In this document: in pieces, positions 25,823 to 39,789 of the stretch | Layout of the letters: every line of letters starts with the position of its first letter | How positions within the stretch are numbered: the first letter of the stretch is position 1 | Assembly: GCF_006345805.1 (NCBI RefSeq) | Contig: NC_042999.1 | Coordinates: 30,380,001 to 30,444,000 of the forward strand | Direction: 5' to 3' | From: Octopus sinensis | Taxonomy: Eukaryota | Length of the DNA stretch: 64,000 bases | Program-made: the position numbers and the translations under genes | The notes under the pieces: model-generated | The model's database searches: none | Told to the model about the DNA's origin: nothing | Seen by the model: only the letters and a program-made list of their open reading frames with translations

Positions 25823-26480
25823 CGGTTAGGCACCTTTTTAATCGCTAGAAATGTTTAGATACATACAGATCCTCCTATATACAGGATGTAAAATTTAAAT
25901 TAAATTATTTTACGATTTACCTGTATAAGAAAATCTATAGGTATCCCCTCAGGCGATACTCAGTTGCTATCTCCACAAATAAAATTCAGATTTCGATGCT
26001 GTAACATCCATGGCTTCTTCTTTGAAATTAATAAACGCTGACGGTTTCAATTCGCTCGGTTTATTTATTCAACGGTATATTAGTATGTAAGTGATTGTAT
26101 AAGCACGATCTAATGGATGAATGTATTTTGCGTAATGGTATAGTATGGCATGTACAGAATAACATGTTGAAACTGAACAAATAAACAAACACCGTGCACA
26201 TTGTAGCTCATGTTGCACGTGATAATACACCCATACCGAGCAAATTGAAACCACCAGGCGTTTCAAAGAACAAGCCATGGATATTGCAGCATGGAAATCT
26301 AAATTTTGCTTATGGAGATAGCGACTGAGTATCGCATGAGGATATAAATATATATATACATCTTATAGATCTTCTTATACTAGTAAATCGCGAAACAGTT
26401 TAATTGAAACATTAAATCCTGTATACAGGAGGATCTGTATGTATCAAAACGTTTCTGGCGATTATAAAGCTGCCTAACCC
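25823..26480. mobile_element. TA-flanked foldback/MITE with ~235-bp terminal inverted repeats
   Basis: TA|CGGTTAGGCA... ...TGCCTAACCC|TA. The arms (~25,823-26,050 and ~26,235-26,480) align at roughly 80% by eye. It has no coding capacity. Confidence 0.85.
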
Positions 26481-26656
26481 TACTTACTCTTCCTTTGACT
26501 ATTTTACTTTTTACTTTTTATTTTCACACAAGAGGAATACCTAAGACTAGAATTGGTAGCTCAACCATAAAAATGCTACCGGCTGTTTGGGAATTCTAGG
26601 GGTGAACGAGTTTTACTTGTACTCTTATACGTTCTTAACAGAACACCCCTAAACTG

Positions 26657-26725
<69 letters not shown>

Positions 26726-26751
26726 GGCATTATTATACATACATGCCTCAC

Positions 26752-26998
26752 GCATGTGTGCAGACCTCCATATGTATTTGTGCTTCGATACACATAGGCA
26801 ATGTTGTCAACAGCATCGAGGATATCACGCTTGGAACCGTAGCGATTCAAATGAAACTGCACCTCTACATCAGTGCTATAAATCACTGTCCTCACTCGAA
26901 CATTACCCGAGTCAATATTAGCATCCGACAGAAAATCTTTCATGAAAGCTAATATTTTCTTGAAGTCTGCATCTTATGATGTTTTTCACGCTATCTAC
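26752..26998 (-). pseudogene. Decayed von Willebrand factor A (VWA) domain exon, collagen VI/matrilin-like
   Basis: DADFKKILAFMKDFLSDANIDSGNVRVRTVIYSTDVEVQFHLNRYGSKRDILDAVDNIAYVYRSTNTYGGL follows the VWA core (F..M..F..NVRVG.V.YS..V.FHLN.Y.SK..V..AI..I.Y..GSTNT). It has Gly->Arg at two conserved glycines, a degenerate MIDAS and a +1 frameshift near 26,972. A candidate acceptor AG lies at 27,000-26,999 and a GTGAGG donor at 26,751. Confidence 0.8.
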
Positions 26999-27046
26999 CT
27001 GATAATTTCATGTTAAGATTCATTATTAAGAAGTTATCCTTAATTG

Positions 27047-27091
<45 letters not shown>

Positions 27092-27889
27092 ATATATATA
27101 CTCACATACGTATATTAAATATTTTTATAAGTACGTACGCAGACCCAGACACTCACGTACATGCAAAACGAGGCACGCATACACACACTCATGCCTTATT
27201 CGTATATATATATATATATATAGATCAATAAATGGTGGGGTTGTGTTCACCGCACGTGGAGAAATGATAAGTAAGGAAATTTTTTTTTAAAAATGCAGAA
27301 GAAAGAAAATTTTAATAAATGAAAGAAAATTTTAATAAAATGAGAAATTGATAAAATATATAAATATATATTTATTCAACCGGTTTTCGTCATTGTATGA
27401 CTTGTCAAGAATATTTATGTTTTAAAAAGTTTTTTTAAAAATTAGAAAGGGGAAAAAAAGAAAATTGCATTGTTTTTTGCAAAAGAATAATGATAAAAAT
27501 GTACAAAAATTAAAAAATAAGTACTCCGATACATTGTGAGTTCGTTGTGTATCTTGAGTTTTATGATTGTTCACGAAAAAATTACCTTGAGGTATTAAGA
27601 TCCAAAGGGATTAAGAGCATGTGTTGTGTGGTTTAATTCAACATGTTTGCAGGACAGGAAGTAGTAGTAATTGTGGTTCTTCAGTTCCTGTGTTGTGAGT
27701 AAGGGGAGACAACTCTTTTGAGTTCTTCAATAAAACCCAAATTATAAAATTATCATTTTAGCTTCATTTGCGTTATCTTTTATATATAATTGCTTGTTAA
27801 CTTAACTTTCAGATTTTAACACTTTATTTATATTATTTTCTAATTATATAAATCTGCATAGATAATTGCATTTCAAATTGTCGTTTCAG

Positions 27890-27927
<38 letters not shown>

Positions 27928-28157
27928 ACATACTCATAGACACATACATACATATATAGATACATTTATCTATATATACGCGTCCATGATTTTAAAGTTA
28001 CTTCTCCAAATACATGCTATTCCGATACTATATAAGGATTTTTCAAAACCTGGGAATGCGGTTACCTAATGGAATTGGGTGATATATATTGGGTGATGCT
28101 CGGATATACACGTAGGAGCCTCCTAACCTAATCATAGGTATTGTCTATTGTTTATGT

Positions 28158-28188
<31 letters not shown>

Positions 28189-28904
28189 TTATATGAATAA
28201 ATAAATGGAGTTTAACGCAGGTGTAAATCAAGGTAAAAATACACTCATCTATGTATATATATATTATGTACACGGACGCACTCACACACACTCTCACAGA
28301 TACCCACAGACATGAAAATTTTTTGGAGGTTTGAAAGATGCAGCATGTCGGGCTTTATGACCGGATCACAGATAGATATCTAAAGTATTTAGGCGTAGAA
28401 AATCCAGATTTAGTGAAGATTAAAATACAATCCAAATAGAAAGCCGAAGAAAGACTTTCGAACATCTTTAATGATCTGTATCAAATGTTCTTCTGCTAAA
28501 TCCACCTTCACGAAAATCTCCAAGTACACATTTACGTAATCTTTTAGGTCTTAAACCCACTTTTTCTTGCTCCTCTAATTTGTACGCCTCTACTTGTTCT
28601 TGTCCTTCTTTCAACTCATTGTTTTACAGTGTATTTGAATTTTCATCTTTTTATACTTTGTGTTTCTTCCCGTTATATGCAAATCATAAATAAAAAAAAA
28701 TGGCAAAACCACAATGTTATAGTGCAACATTGATGCAGATCCAGCAAATTGTCATTCCAATGTTTGGAACATCAAATTTTACGTACATTTTTTTTCGGAA
28801 ATTTTTGTGTGGGCTGAATTTAAATATAACTGATCACTAAAAATGTGCCAAATGTCTTCTATATCTTCTAATTTGGAATATATATAAATATATATACATA
28901 CATA

Positions 28905-28981
<77 letters not shown>

Positions 28982-28982
<1 letters not shown>

Positions 28983-29647
28983 ATAGAGGGCATTATTACA
29001 CATAAATGCCTCACACTAGGAGGGACAAAGTCATCACTACCAAAATTATACTAATCATACCCAAATGCAGTTTTTCAAAGCAAGGCATTTAAAAAATGAA
29101 TTTAGTTCTGTATCACCGTGATTTCACATTCAACTTACGTCTAATGATCCTCAGCAGAACTGATTCTGAACACATCATAAATAAACTACCAACCTTACGT
29201 AGCGAAGACGAACAGACAACTGCTCACTCCGGCCAAGCACATGGAATGTTTATAAATCATATATCCGGTAAATGGCGGGCTTTTTACGAACTGCATGTCG
29301 GGTAATGAAAAGTATTTCGGAATAAGTTTAACAATTAAGGATAATCTCTTGATAAGGGATCTTAACAAGAAATTATCGGGTAGCTAGCGTGAAAACCTCA
29401 TAAAAGAAAAGAATTCGAAAATAATTTTTTTCTTTTGAACAAATTAATTATATCTATATTTTATAGAGGGCATTATTACACATAAATGCCTCACACTAGG
29501 AGGGACAAAGTCATTACTACCAAAATTATACTAATCATACCCAAATGCAGTTTTTCAAAGCAAGACATTTAAAAAATGAATTTAGTTCTGTATCACCGTG
29601 ATTTCACATTCAACTTACGTCTAATGATCCTCAGCAGAACTGATTCT
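28982..29647 (+). repeat. 186-bp direct repeat pair (28,982-29,167 and 29,462-29,647)
   Basis: Two copies 480 bp apart with 2 mismatches; each starts TATAGAGGGCATTATTACACATAAATGCCTCACACTAGG. Confidence 0.92.
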
Positions 29648-31252
29648 TATTATTACTCTGTTATAAGACAATCCACTAGATTCACCGAATGCCATGTTTG
29701 CTCTGATGACTATCACTTGTTACAGAAATAATCATTTACTAAGTATTATGAATATAGATGTTGTCGTCTGAGTGTGGAGAAAGACAAAACCGTTTACTGA
29801 CGTAGGTAATAAATGAGTAAAGATTGCAAAAATAGTATGCTAGAAACAAACTCCAGAGACAAACAGCAGCACTCGAAGACATTGGGCGTTTACGACTCTT
29901 CCCGACGATATGTTCTTGCAGAATGTTCAATTTTTTCTTTGATTCCGGATCCCTGAACTGAACACGTTAAAATATTTAGTTTCATATGGAATTAATTCTT
30001 GCATTTTGTCTTTCACACATTACGGTTATCGTATTCGAATTGCAATCAACATCATAAGATTGGTTAATATCTGTGTCACGGCCTTGGCATTATGAGGGAA
30101 ATTGCGAAGAAACATCTATTGCAATTGGTTATTTGTTATTACCTGAAAACATATTATTCGAAACGTTCTTGTATCTGCTGTCGTTGAGGTTTCCATTTAC
30201 TTTCCTCTTTTCACATAGATTTATGCTATCAAATTCAAATGTAATTATTAGTAAAAATTGTTAATTCCAAAATGTAATGGCATTTAGAATGAAAACGTTA
30301 AATTTATTAGCTAAGAATTAAATGTCTCATACTTTATTAAAAAAATTATTTAAACATTCTAAATTAAAATAAACATTAGGGAGTTATACAGAAACACAAA
30401 GAAAATATAAATGCCAAAATTAAAGAAATTGAAAATTTTGTATAATGAGAACCAATGAAGAAAATGTATTGATTTCCACTGGAAGAGGGGAATCTAATGT
30501 TAGCTGACCTTCTGCAGAAGATACTCGTTCTGACACAACGGAAAATATGTAAAAACAAACATCCTTAAATACAATATTTGCATTTTAAAATATTTATTAC
30601 AGCAATGTTAGTGAAATTATTAAATTATATTAATTATTTCAATCTAATATATATAATTAGATGTTGTTCAGGAATTTATTGCATTTGATGTATAAATTAT
30701 AAATATAATGCGTAGATATCATATGTACATCGATTTCTTCATCATTATTATTACCATCATCACTGATAACATTTCCATTAACAATAATAGGTACGCAATT
30801 GAATGTGAATTTTTTGTAATACATTTGCAAATACCTTATCGATAGCGACAGACGTTTTTTCTCCTGCATATATCGAACCACATTGACCAGGTTAAATAGT
30901 TTCCACAATTGAGTATATCTTTCTCTTAGTCCCATAAAGCAATATCTGGGGACTTGTGTTTTGACTTGATGGCTGTTTTAATGTTTTAAGTTGTACCAAA
31001 TTTCGTTTGATCATTCATACTCAATAAAGATAATATTGTTCGTATTTTTTCCTAGTGCGTCATGCTTCATGGAAAAACAGCAGTTTTTAAACACTTGCTA
31101 TATATTCTGACTAAGCATTTATTTAATTTTCCTTTTGATCAAACTACGTGTATTTGATAAGCTTTAAAAATGGCAAAATATCTGTATTTACCAATCTTAG
31201 TTCATATATATCTATAGAGTTTCTAAGAAACTTTGGCGGATATATACAATAC

Positions 31253-32175
31253 TTTAGGTCATCCCATAAGGAATGGCATGAAGTAATATTTATAAGCTTT
31301 TGGACATATTTAAACTAATTATATTTCATTTTGCAGGTTAACTTGATTGAAACTCTTCCTATTATTGTTCTTCAAACATGAAAGTGTCTAAGAAGCTCTT
31401 GAGACACACCATAATTTATGAGTTTAAAAAAGGAAACTCAGCACCTGAAGATATTCGAAATATTCACTCAGCTTATGGAAAAGAATGACTGAAAGAACTT
31501 GCAGAAGTTGGCTTCTATGAATGAATCAGGAAACACCTTGCAGCAAAAGGTTTGTAAACGTCAGAAGTTGAGATTTCAGCCTTGAAGATGAAGTGCAAAG
31601 GGGACTTCGTATTTGATGACACAACTCTTTTGGCAGAACTGGAAAAAGATCATGCAGTCTCTGTTCAATAATTGGCAACTTCCACAACTTGGAAATGTCT
31701 CAAATCTCGCAATCCTCAAGTAGACATCTGCTCTTCTCTTTGTTCTCGTTAACGCATCTCGCCCTATTTGGACAGACATATAACCGGTGATAAAGAATGG
31801 GTCTCTTATCAAAATCTTAAATGTCGTAGACATTGTCTTGGTGAAAAGGAAAAGACCCAACCACAACCCAAAAGGGAAATCCACACGTAGAAAGTTCTTT
31901 TCTCTGTTTCATGGGATTTCAAAGCATTAATCAATTTTCAGTTACTACCAACTCATGCAACAATCAATGCTCAAATTGATCGTCCGAAATTCGAGCATTT
32001 GAAAGCTGCTTTGGAGAAAAAAAAATGTGTGCTTTAGTGAATCGAATGAAAGTGGCGTTCAATCAGGATAATGCAAGACCACACACTGATAACATCACCT
32101 TCACAGACGATCGAGAAACTTGGCTGAGAGAAAATTGCCCATCCGTCTTATTGCCACGATTACTTTATCTGAAAA
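31253..32175 (+). mobile_element. Mariner transposon remnant
   Basis: TIR-like TTAGGTCATCCCATAAGGAATG and ATG at 31,378, then MKVSKKLLRHTIIYEFKKG, FSLEDE, ITGDKEWVSYQN, KVLFSVSWD and QDNARPH. It has multiple stops and frameshifts; no right TIR was found. Confidence 0.85.
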
Positions 32176-32539
32176 TCCTAGTATATCCAGACTGTCAGTA
32201 AGACAATGGCTCGCAAAATGGTGTACACCAATTATTGTTGGAATAAATGTAAATTTGTTATTTGCTTATAGAAGCTAGAGGTTTCGAAGTAGTTGTCCAT
32301 AATTACCTTCTTTCTTTTTTTACTTTTAAAGAGATATTCACATTAACAGACAGGCGCACTGTGTAACTGTGTATAACTTTCTTTCTTCCTTTCCCCCAAC
32401 AACGAAATCCGACATTTTATGTTTACACTTGATGGGAAACTGCTGAGTTCTGGGTACGTACTCAATAACAATAACATTTTCTGCACTTATTGCAGGACAA
32501 TATTTCTTTACAAATGACACAGAATAGTTCTTGTGACAA

Positions 32540-33360
32540 TAAGACACCAGAAGGCATTATCTTGAGAAAACATTTTTTGACAGCTGCTAATTATATTTAT
32601 AAGACGTTTCAGACACATTTGCCAGATGTTTTTCACAAAAATATGACAAACGTTTTATTGGCTCTTTTGCTTATTAGATATAGAGAAGTAATCTCATGTT
32701 TTCGGATGGGAAATTCATAGACTTCGATTAGTATTGCGATGCAGAACCACGAGCACAAGACACGCTACGCTTCATGTGAATATTACAGTTTTCTTCAAGT
32801 TATTGGGTCATATAATCATGCATAGTCTTTGTTTTGTGTATGCTGAGTATTTGATATCCAGTTCTTAATTGAGGTATGTTATTCAGGCTGTGTTGGGATT
32901 GCATTGTAGTTCCTTAGGAACAGATTACTTCCCGAGGAATTCATTGCAAACAAGTACGAATTTGTTCCTTCACTTTTCAGCAATAAGTATTTATTCTTGT
33001 TGCTGTTGTTTAGCAAGTGCTACAGAACATATAGACTATAGAACATGTATAATCTATCAGCACGGATCTGAAGCCTCTGATTCTTTCTGATCTTCTTTGG
33101 AAGATAAAAGTGTCTATATCACTATTCCAATGAAGACTTCCAGTTGCGGTATTTTACGTCTAGAAAGTGAATTTCTTCTGCATACCAGTGACGTATCTGA
33201 AATCATGGAATCAGCACTTGTACTGCAAAACCATTGTGAGATATGGTATTGTCTTAAGAGGTGAGTACCGATACACGTTTGTTTCTATGTTTCGCATATT
33301 TCTGGATCTCTCTATTGTTATTCAGAGCACATTCGTACATTTTTCATCAATGCATGAAAC
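32540..33360 (-). mobile_element. R4/Dong-clade RT C-terminal remnant
   Basis: NGFAVQVLIP*FQIRHW..EI..LD, ADRLYM and ETSYKYIISSCQKM resemble R4/Dong (IN..AVPV..Y.F.II.W; DRLY; ETI.HIISSC). Confidence 0.5.
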
Positions 33361-33479
33361 AATTGTTATATACTTGTCTTCCACAGGATAGATGAAATGT
33401 ATGTATGTATATGTATGTATATGTATATGTATGTATATGTATGAATGGACGCATGTATGTATGTATAAAGCAGAGGTTA

Positions 33480-34270
33480 AAAATGAGATGTATGGGAGGG
33501 GTGGTACATCAGGACATCAGAGCTAGGAAAATACGCTGTTTTCTTGATGAAGACTGTGGAGTATTTATAAAGATGATCCCCATACAGTTTGGAGTTGGTA
33601 ATGCAAGTCTACGCATTATTATTCATGGAGATCAAAGCATTCGCAAAAGTTGTGCAATGAGTGTTCCTAGGTTGCTCGGATCATATCAGAAAGAAACACG
33701 CGTTGGTGAGTGTCAGGGACATGGTTGAGCTCATTACCTTTAATCTCCAAATATTCCAGTCTCTGGTGACCTGTGAGGAAAGCTATAACAAATGTTATTA
33801 TCAAGAGACCAAGAGAAAGTGAGTCCGATGAAAATATCCTTCCACTTCAGCCCTAAGAATGGCAAGCAAGTCCTCGGGGAGCTCATCACTATCCCCATTT
33901 TCGAAAACAAGGGCATTATTCATTACTTTTCCTCTGGCCTAGCGATGTAAAATAATACATTGTGATAGTTTTGAGGCAGTTCAGAAAAGGATTTCATCGC
34001 AAAAGTTCACAGCTCTTCCACTCGTATCGGTAGCATCTGAGCCAGGAAAATACATCACTCCACATTTCTATTCTGGTAGCCATCTACGTGAGAGAGCTGG
34101 ACATATACCATAACCCCTCCAGTCTAGATTAGGATCCCTGTAAATTTTGATTCCAAGACGTTTTGAAGAATTTCAGATAACCGATGCTGAGACCACGGTT
34201 CCGGAGATGTTCGTGAAGTAGTTGTAACACAAGATAAAGTGCATTGCAGTGAGAGGAGTTTTATACATAA
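33480..34270 (+). mobile_element. Mariner transposon remnant (different subfamily)
   Basis: KIRCFLDED, CAMSVPRLL (WVPxxL), LVTCEES (VTGDE), QENTSLH (HDNAP.H) and SLD*DPCKF (SPDLAPCDF); heavily disrupted. Confidence 0.75.
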
Positions 34271-34856
34271 CTTAGCTTAATACGTATGAATGTTTCTCTA
34301 GAAAAAGTGTCAAATATTCTGGAATAATTTGGCTCGTCCTTCATTCAGAATGATCAATTTCCGATTTTTACTTAAACGCCTACTCGCAGGTCCAAAACTT
34401 CCAACAGTAACTGGTGAATTTTTAACTTTTATAACATTTTGTTATAATTTCATATCTTAAATTTATATATAATATTATGTCATTCATCTTTTCTTTACAC
34501 ATATAAACAAGCTACAACGATTGTTGCGTTCTTGGTATGTATCTTCTGTATCCAGTGCCTCTTGGTATGAACATTAAACCAAAGAGACTACTTACGAACT
34601 TATTCCAATTATCGTTACTATTATCAGAAAAACGCTTGAGACATTTGGCTGGTTATTGCTGTCGTGCTGAACGACAGGTTTTAGAAGTTTATGAAACCTT
34701 GATACTCTTGGACGACGAACACCATTAAATTACACAGAAAGGCACAGCAGGAAATTGATGATTAACTAAAGCTAACTGTAGATTCTAACTGTAGACATTT
34801 CAGCCGTGATGTTTGAAGAATTTGAAGAATTTGAGGGATTTTAAGAAGACGTAGCA

Positions 34857-34912
34857 GAAGAAGTAAAAGGAGAAGAAGAAGAAGAAGAAGAAGAAGAAGA
34901 AGAAGAGAAGAA

Positions 34913-34947
<35 letters not shown>

Positions 34948-35008
34948 AGAAGAAGAAGAAGAAGAAGAAGAAGAAGAAGAAGAAGAAGAAGAAGAAGAAG
35001 AAGAAGAA
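34857..35008. repeat. (GAA)n microsatellite
   Basis: About 150 bp GAA array; it is the source of the poly-S/F/L ORFs. Confidence 0.95.
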
Positions 35009-36295
35009 CTCAACCATTGCATAAATCATTGTTTATTTACTCATTTAATTTGGAGAATCAACATTATTTGCGTGCAATAAGATTCCCGACTTCAGGAGTT
35101 ACAAATTATTTCCTAATCTTTATTTGTTATACGATAACCTGTCAACAAATTAAAGCCAATTTTGAAGACTCTATGTCCATCCTCTTATTCAATCCTCCAA
35201 CACGAAACAAAAGCGTTGTTCCTTTCCAATCTATATTTTCAGGGACATGTATAATTTTTGTTTACCTATTAGAATCTAAAATGAATCATACCTTCATTCA
35301 CAATAGCAATTAGGTCTACATGCTTTGTATGTTTAGTGAAGTTTTAGTCGATAACTCAAAACACAGCGTTATATCGTAGCTAAACGTTAAATTAATTTTA
35401 CAGAAAATAGCATTATGCTTTGATTATTATTACAACAAATCAACTCAACTGTAGTGTTCAGTTGTGTTAACTCTTAATAAGAATTGTGCAAACACTATGT
35501 CTATTAACGGAAATTTGAATGTGGAAATTTTGAATAACATATACAGCAAAATATTTTGTCAGAAATATTTATCAAAATCTGCAGAAGCAACAGCAATAAG
35601 TAGTTGATCGTTTCTGTTGGCTTCTCGACCATTTTGTACAGCGATTGATCACTCTTGTTTCAGACACTTGGAGGCAGCAAACAATTTATGCTGCACTGGC
35701 ACACGCAAGCAAGGCACGAATCAAAGTTCCAGTTCGTTAGCGAACATTTTGCGAAGCTTCTATAACACACTTCTCTAATTCATTCTACCTCACCGTTATG
35801 GCTTCAAATTCACATATCAGGTACATCTCTACCGAATTAATAATCAAAATTGATAGTGCGCATAGTTAATATCTTTTCTTTTGTATGTTGATTTCAATTT
35901 TACAACTTCATCTTCAGCAATATTAACAACCAACTATAATATTATATGACAAGCAGCTGATATATTTGTAAATCTTTGTGGTTTATGATGTATAATCTTC
36001 AGGTTACAATCTACGATTTTAGTTTCTACAAGAATGTTTCCGTTAGTACATATTAAGTCCTTTAGTACACATTTGGGTTCTTCAATTGCGAGGTCATCTT
36101 GTATAACACTTTATCAAAAGGAAGTAGATTACAAGTGTTTGCCATTTAACAGAAGCATTTACGGAGCGTGGTAAGATCTGCTGATTAAGTGCAGTCTGCT
36201 CAAATTTTGCGTTCGGCTGGTCACGACTGAAAGCAAAACTCAAGCCGACTATCATATTGCTTGTAATAGTAGACATATCAATCTATCTATATATG

Positions 36296-36390
<95 letters not shown>

Positions 36391-38076
36391 TTACATGCTT
36401 GTCTATACCTATGCAAACAGACATATATATAACCGCAAATTCATTCATTTTAGAAGAACGTTTGAACATAATAAGCTCATTCAGATCTCCGCTCTCAATT
36501 ATAGACACAAATTATTATCGTATCAAGTTTTCATGATGCCGAACCACACTGCGATATCTGGTTCAAAGTTTCATGTCATTTGAACTGTTGCAGCTTAATT
36601 AGATTGCTAAAGATTTTAGTCAAATATCTCTTAGTGGAATTATTTACTGTTGTTGAAATAATTAATGAGCTGCTTCACTTACTTTCACTAGCACGTTGTC
36701 TTTCATCATAGCTAGAATCATATGGCATCTGTAGAAATGGTACATGACAAATTGTCAATATCTGTTTCAGGTTAGATTATTTACAGCTTTGATATTCATA
36801 CACTCCAATATTGGAATATTAATTTCCTTACAGTGTTAATGCCACTGATACTGACGTTTCATTAGCAATGATGCAGTTTTTATAACGAAGTTATATCAGA
36901 ATACATTTCATTCCTATTCAGTTGTTCATTACACATTACATCCAATATTATCATGGCAGTAAAACATTTATAGTGAAAATTCTCCATATTAGTATATAGT
37001 GCGCATGGATGTCACTGTTAAATACCTGACGTCTTTCTCGCATATTTCAGTGGAAATATTTACAATAATGCGGTATCCGTATTTTCGTTTCTTGTTCAAA
37101 CGTTGCATACATTAAATTTTCGGTGTAGTTAATTCTCAAATATCATATATATCGATATTTTACTCCGGCATCTAAATGCTATAATCTAGTCGCCATTTTG
37201 AACATTTTCTGCAATTGTTTCAGTGTTTTATACTTATTAAATTTAACTCAGTTATAAATGAGTTCTAAAATATCAGTTGGTTTCTCCTCGACTGACGTTC
37301 TATGTGTAGTTACTTATAAACATGTTGAAAACACCAATTCCGACTTCTCTACCTTATTTTCTTAGTACCACGACTTAAAAGGGACACTTCTATGATCATG
37401 ATACTAATGAAAGAGAAAGAGAGTAAGACAGAGAGACTGACAGACCGAGGAGGAGAGGTGGAGGAGAGAGAAAAAATCCATAGGATTCTACAAGTTTTTA
37501 GTTATATATTTGTCTACATTAGTTCTGATACAACATTCGTATCTGAACGTGTTTTCCAAATTCATAACATACTGATATATATATTTAAAATATTTTATTA
37601 TATTTACTATATGTAAATATGAGGCAAACATGTATCGCTAAATCGTGTTACTTCTCAATGACAACCGCTTCAACTAAGGCTGATGATAAACTAACAGTGA
37701 TCATGACAGTCGTGTTGTTACATGTATCAAATACAATTTGAGTTTTTCATAACTAAATCATTTGAGACGCCGACCGTAAAATCGTGTTATTTTAGGTTAT
37801 TTGATTTGAGATTCAGTGATTTCACTAATCAACTATATAGAATATCCAGTGCAACGTGATGGATCTACAGTATTTTACAGGTAAATAGTATATACTAAAT
37901 GTAGTCATAAATCTTGGTGCGTGGTACGAGGCTTGATTTAACAATCGCTTATATATTTCTTAATGTAGCACGGCTTCTAAATTTGTATATTTACTGATAT
38001 CTTTGTTTGTATTAGTTTGCCATAGGGTTACATACGTTTCCTGCTACCGCATTTTGCACACGACAAAAGCAGATTA

Positions 38077-39365
38077 TATCAGGCTCAGTAAAAATTAAGC
38101 AACATTTTGAAACATGAAATTCATCACAATATATTTCAACAATTCGGAAATTTTATTCGTCAAATTAGGTACTATTACAATCAATACATATTCGCCAATG
38201 AGTTACCAGTTGGTTTATTCCGATTAAATATGAATGTGAGATTTTGGAGCTGATGAACTCTTTGGACGCACATTCAGCATCGGTTTGATTTTTGAACTGC
38301 TTCTCTCACAGACAACCCTCAAGGCGATTGCAAAAGTGGTAGTCGGTAGTAGAAAAGTTTTGGGAATAAGCTGCGTGGGGAAGAAATTTGTAGCGAATTC
38401 GAGCGTCATTAGTGAAACGTTTGATCGAGCATTGTCATGAAAAATTATTGGCCCTCTTCTATTGAACAGTCTGCGAAGGAGAAGTAGTAGCTTCTCGTTC
38501 CTTTTGGTAATGTCATGTCAATATGTCTTCGCAGTGGTAATTTCCTTCCGGGTTTTAAGAAGTTATAGTGGATGAGTCCAGCTCTACACCACAAAACAGT
38601 CGCCATAAAATTTGTTTTTGTTTGTTTGAAGAGCGCAGGTTCAGGGAAAGTTTTCGGTGCTTCATTTTGGCCTAGCTCTTGCGAAGAACGTATTTTATTA
38701 TTGTACGCAACCCAACTTTCATCGCAAATTACAATACGGTCGATAAATGGATCGGTCTGGTTACAGAGAAGATGTGACGGAGAAAATTTCATATCTGCGC
38801 ATATTTTGATTTGTATTCAAATCGTGTGGGATAATTTGTCGATGTTTTTTGCGTTTTCCGATAGCACGACAATGGTTGCAAGCAGGTTTTTGGTTAACTT
38901 GAAGCTATGTCGCTAGTTCTCGAGTGGTTTCACGTGGAAATTTCTCAATGAGAGACTTTAATTGACCGTAAACAATAACAGATGGGCGTCTATTACGCTC
39001 ACGATCTTCAAGGCTCACGTCTCTACTGCGTAACCGTTTAAACCATTTTCGAGTTGACCACTCACTGGTCATTTCCTCACCAAACGTGTCGTTGATACCG
39101 CAAGCTGTTTCAGTTGCTTTAAGTCCTTTTCTGAAATTGAAAGGCAAATTTGATCGAATATGGCGCTTTGAGAGTCCCATTTCAGATGATTGTAACACAA
39201 CGGGAAAAACATATTAACGTTAATTTATCGATACATTTACCCACATATATGTCTGCGTTATTAGACAATTGGAAAACAAATATTAAAAAATAATTAATAC
39301 TTTCAAAATTCCAGAATAAATTCTTCATGGTTCAAAACGTTGCTTACTTTTTACTAAACGTGACA
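38077..39365 (-). mobile_element. Full-length but inactive mariner transposon (~1.29 kb)
   Basis: Imperfect TIRs: AGTAAAAATTAAGCAACATTTTGAAACATGAA at 38,087-38,118 versus the reverse complement at 39,324-39,355. Transposase pieces are KRHIR..FRKG..RKWFKRLRS..SLED.ER..RP, IDRIVICDESW..YNN and HDNAR, with stops and frameshifts. Confidence 0.9.
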
Positions 39366-39789
39366 GATGTAACATCCACCTCCACTTCAACCTTTACTAA
39401 GTCAGTTTGTTTATTGTTGGTCGTAAGATAATTCCCGTTTCCTTATCGCGCTTTTATCACCTATAACCAACACATGGTAGTGAATTAAATGGATCGTTAA
39501 GGGTGCGAATAAAATGTCTAGAGATAATTGTTAATATTCTTTGGACACTAAGATCATATCGCGTGTTCAAAGTTTTTGAGATTTCTTTCGGTATCAATAT
39601 GTACTACATTGAGGTCTTTTATTGTTCTCTTTATTAATTTTCTTCCACTCTATGAAATTCATGCGCGCGATGGGGTTTTCTAGTTACTGAAAATGAGAAA
39701 AAGAATATAAAATATAGGACAGAATCAGAATTTTCTTGACAAATATTTTGTGACTGTCATTAAACGTCCATCTGTCAAAGGAAGGAGTA

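Noticed and set aside
28982-29647. Repeat-spacer-repeat arrangements as CRISPR-like arrays (also 17,187-17,418)
   Set aside because: Eukaryotic context, only 2-3 long units, no unique equal-length spacers and no cas genes.
36094-37050. Faint Helitron-helicase-like (36,094-36,276) and hAT-dimerisation-like (36,700-36,850) peptide traces on the minus strand
   Set aside because: They need several frameshifts and match only a few residues; not supportable without a profile search.
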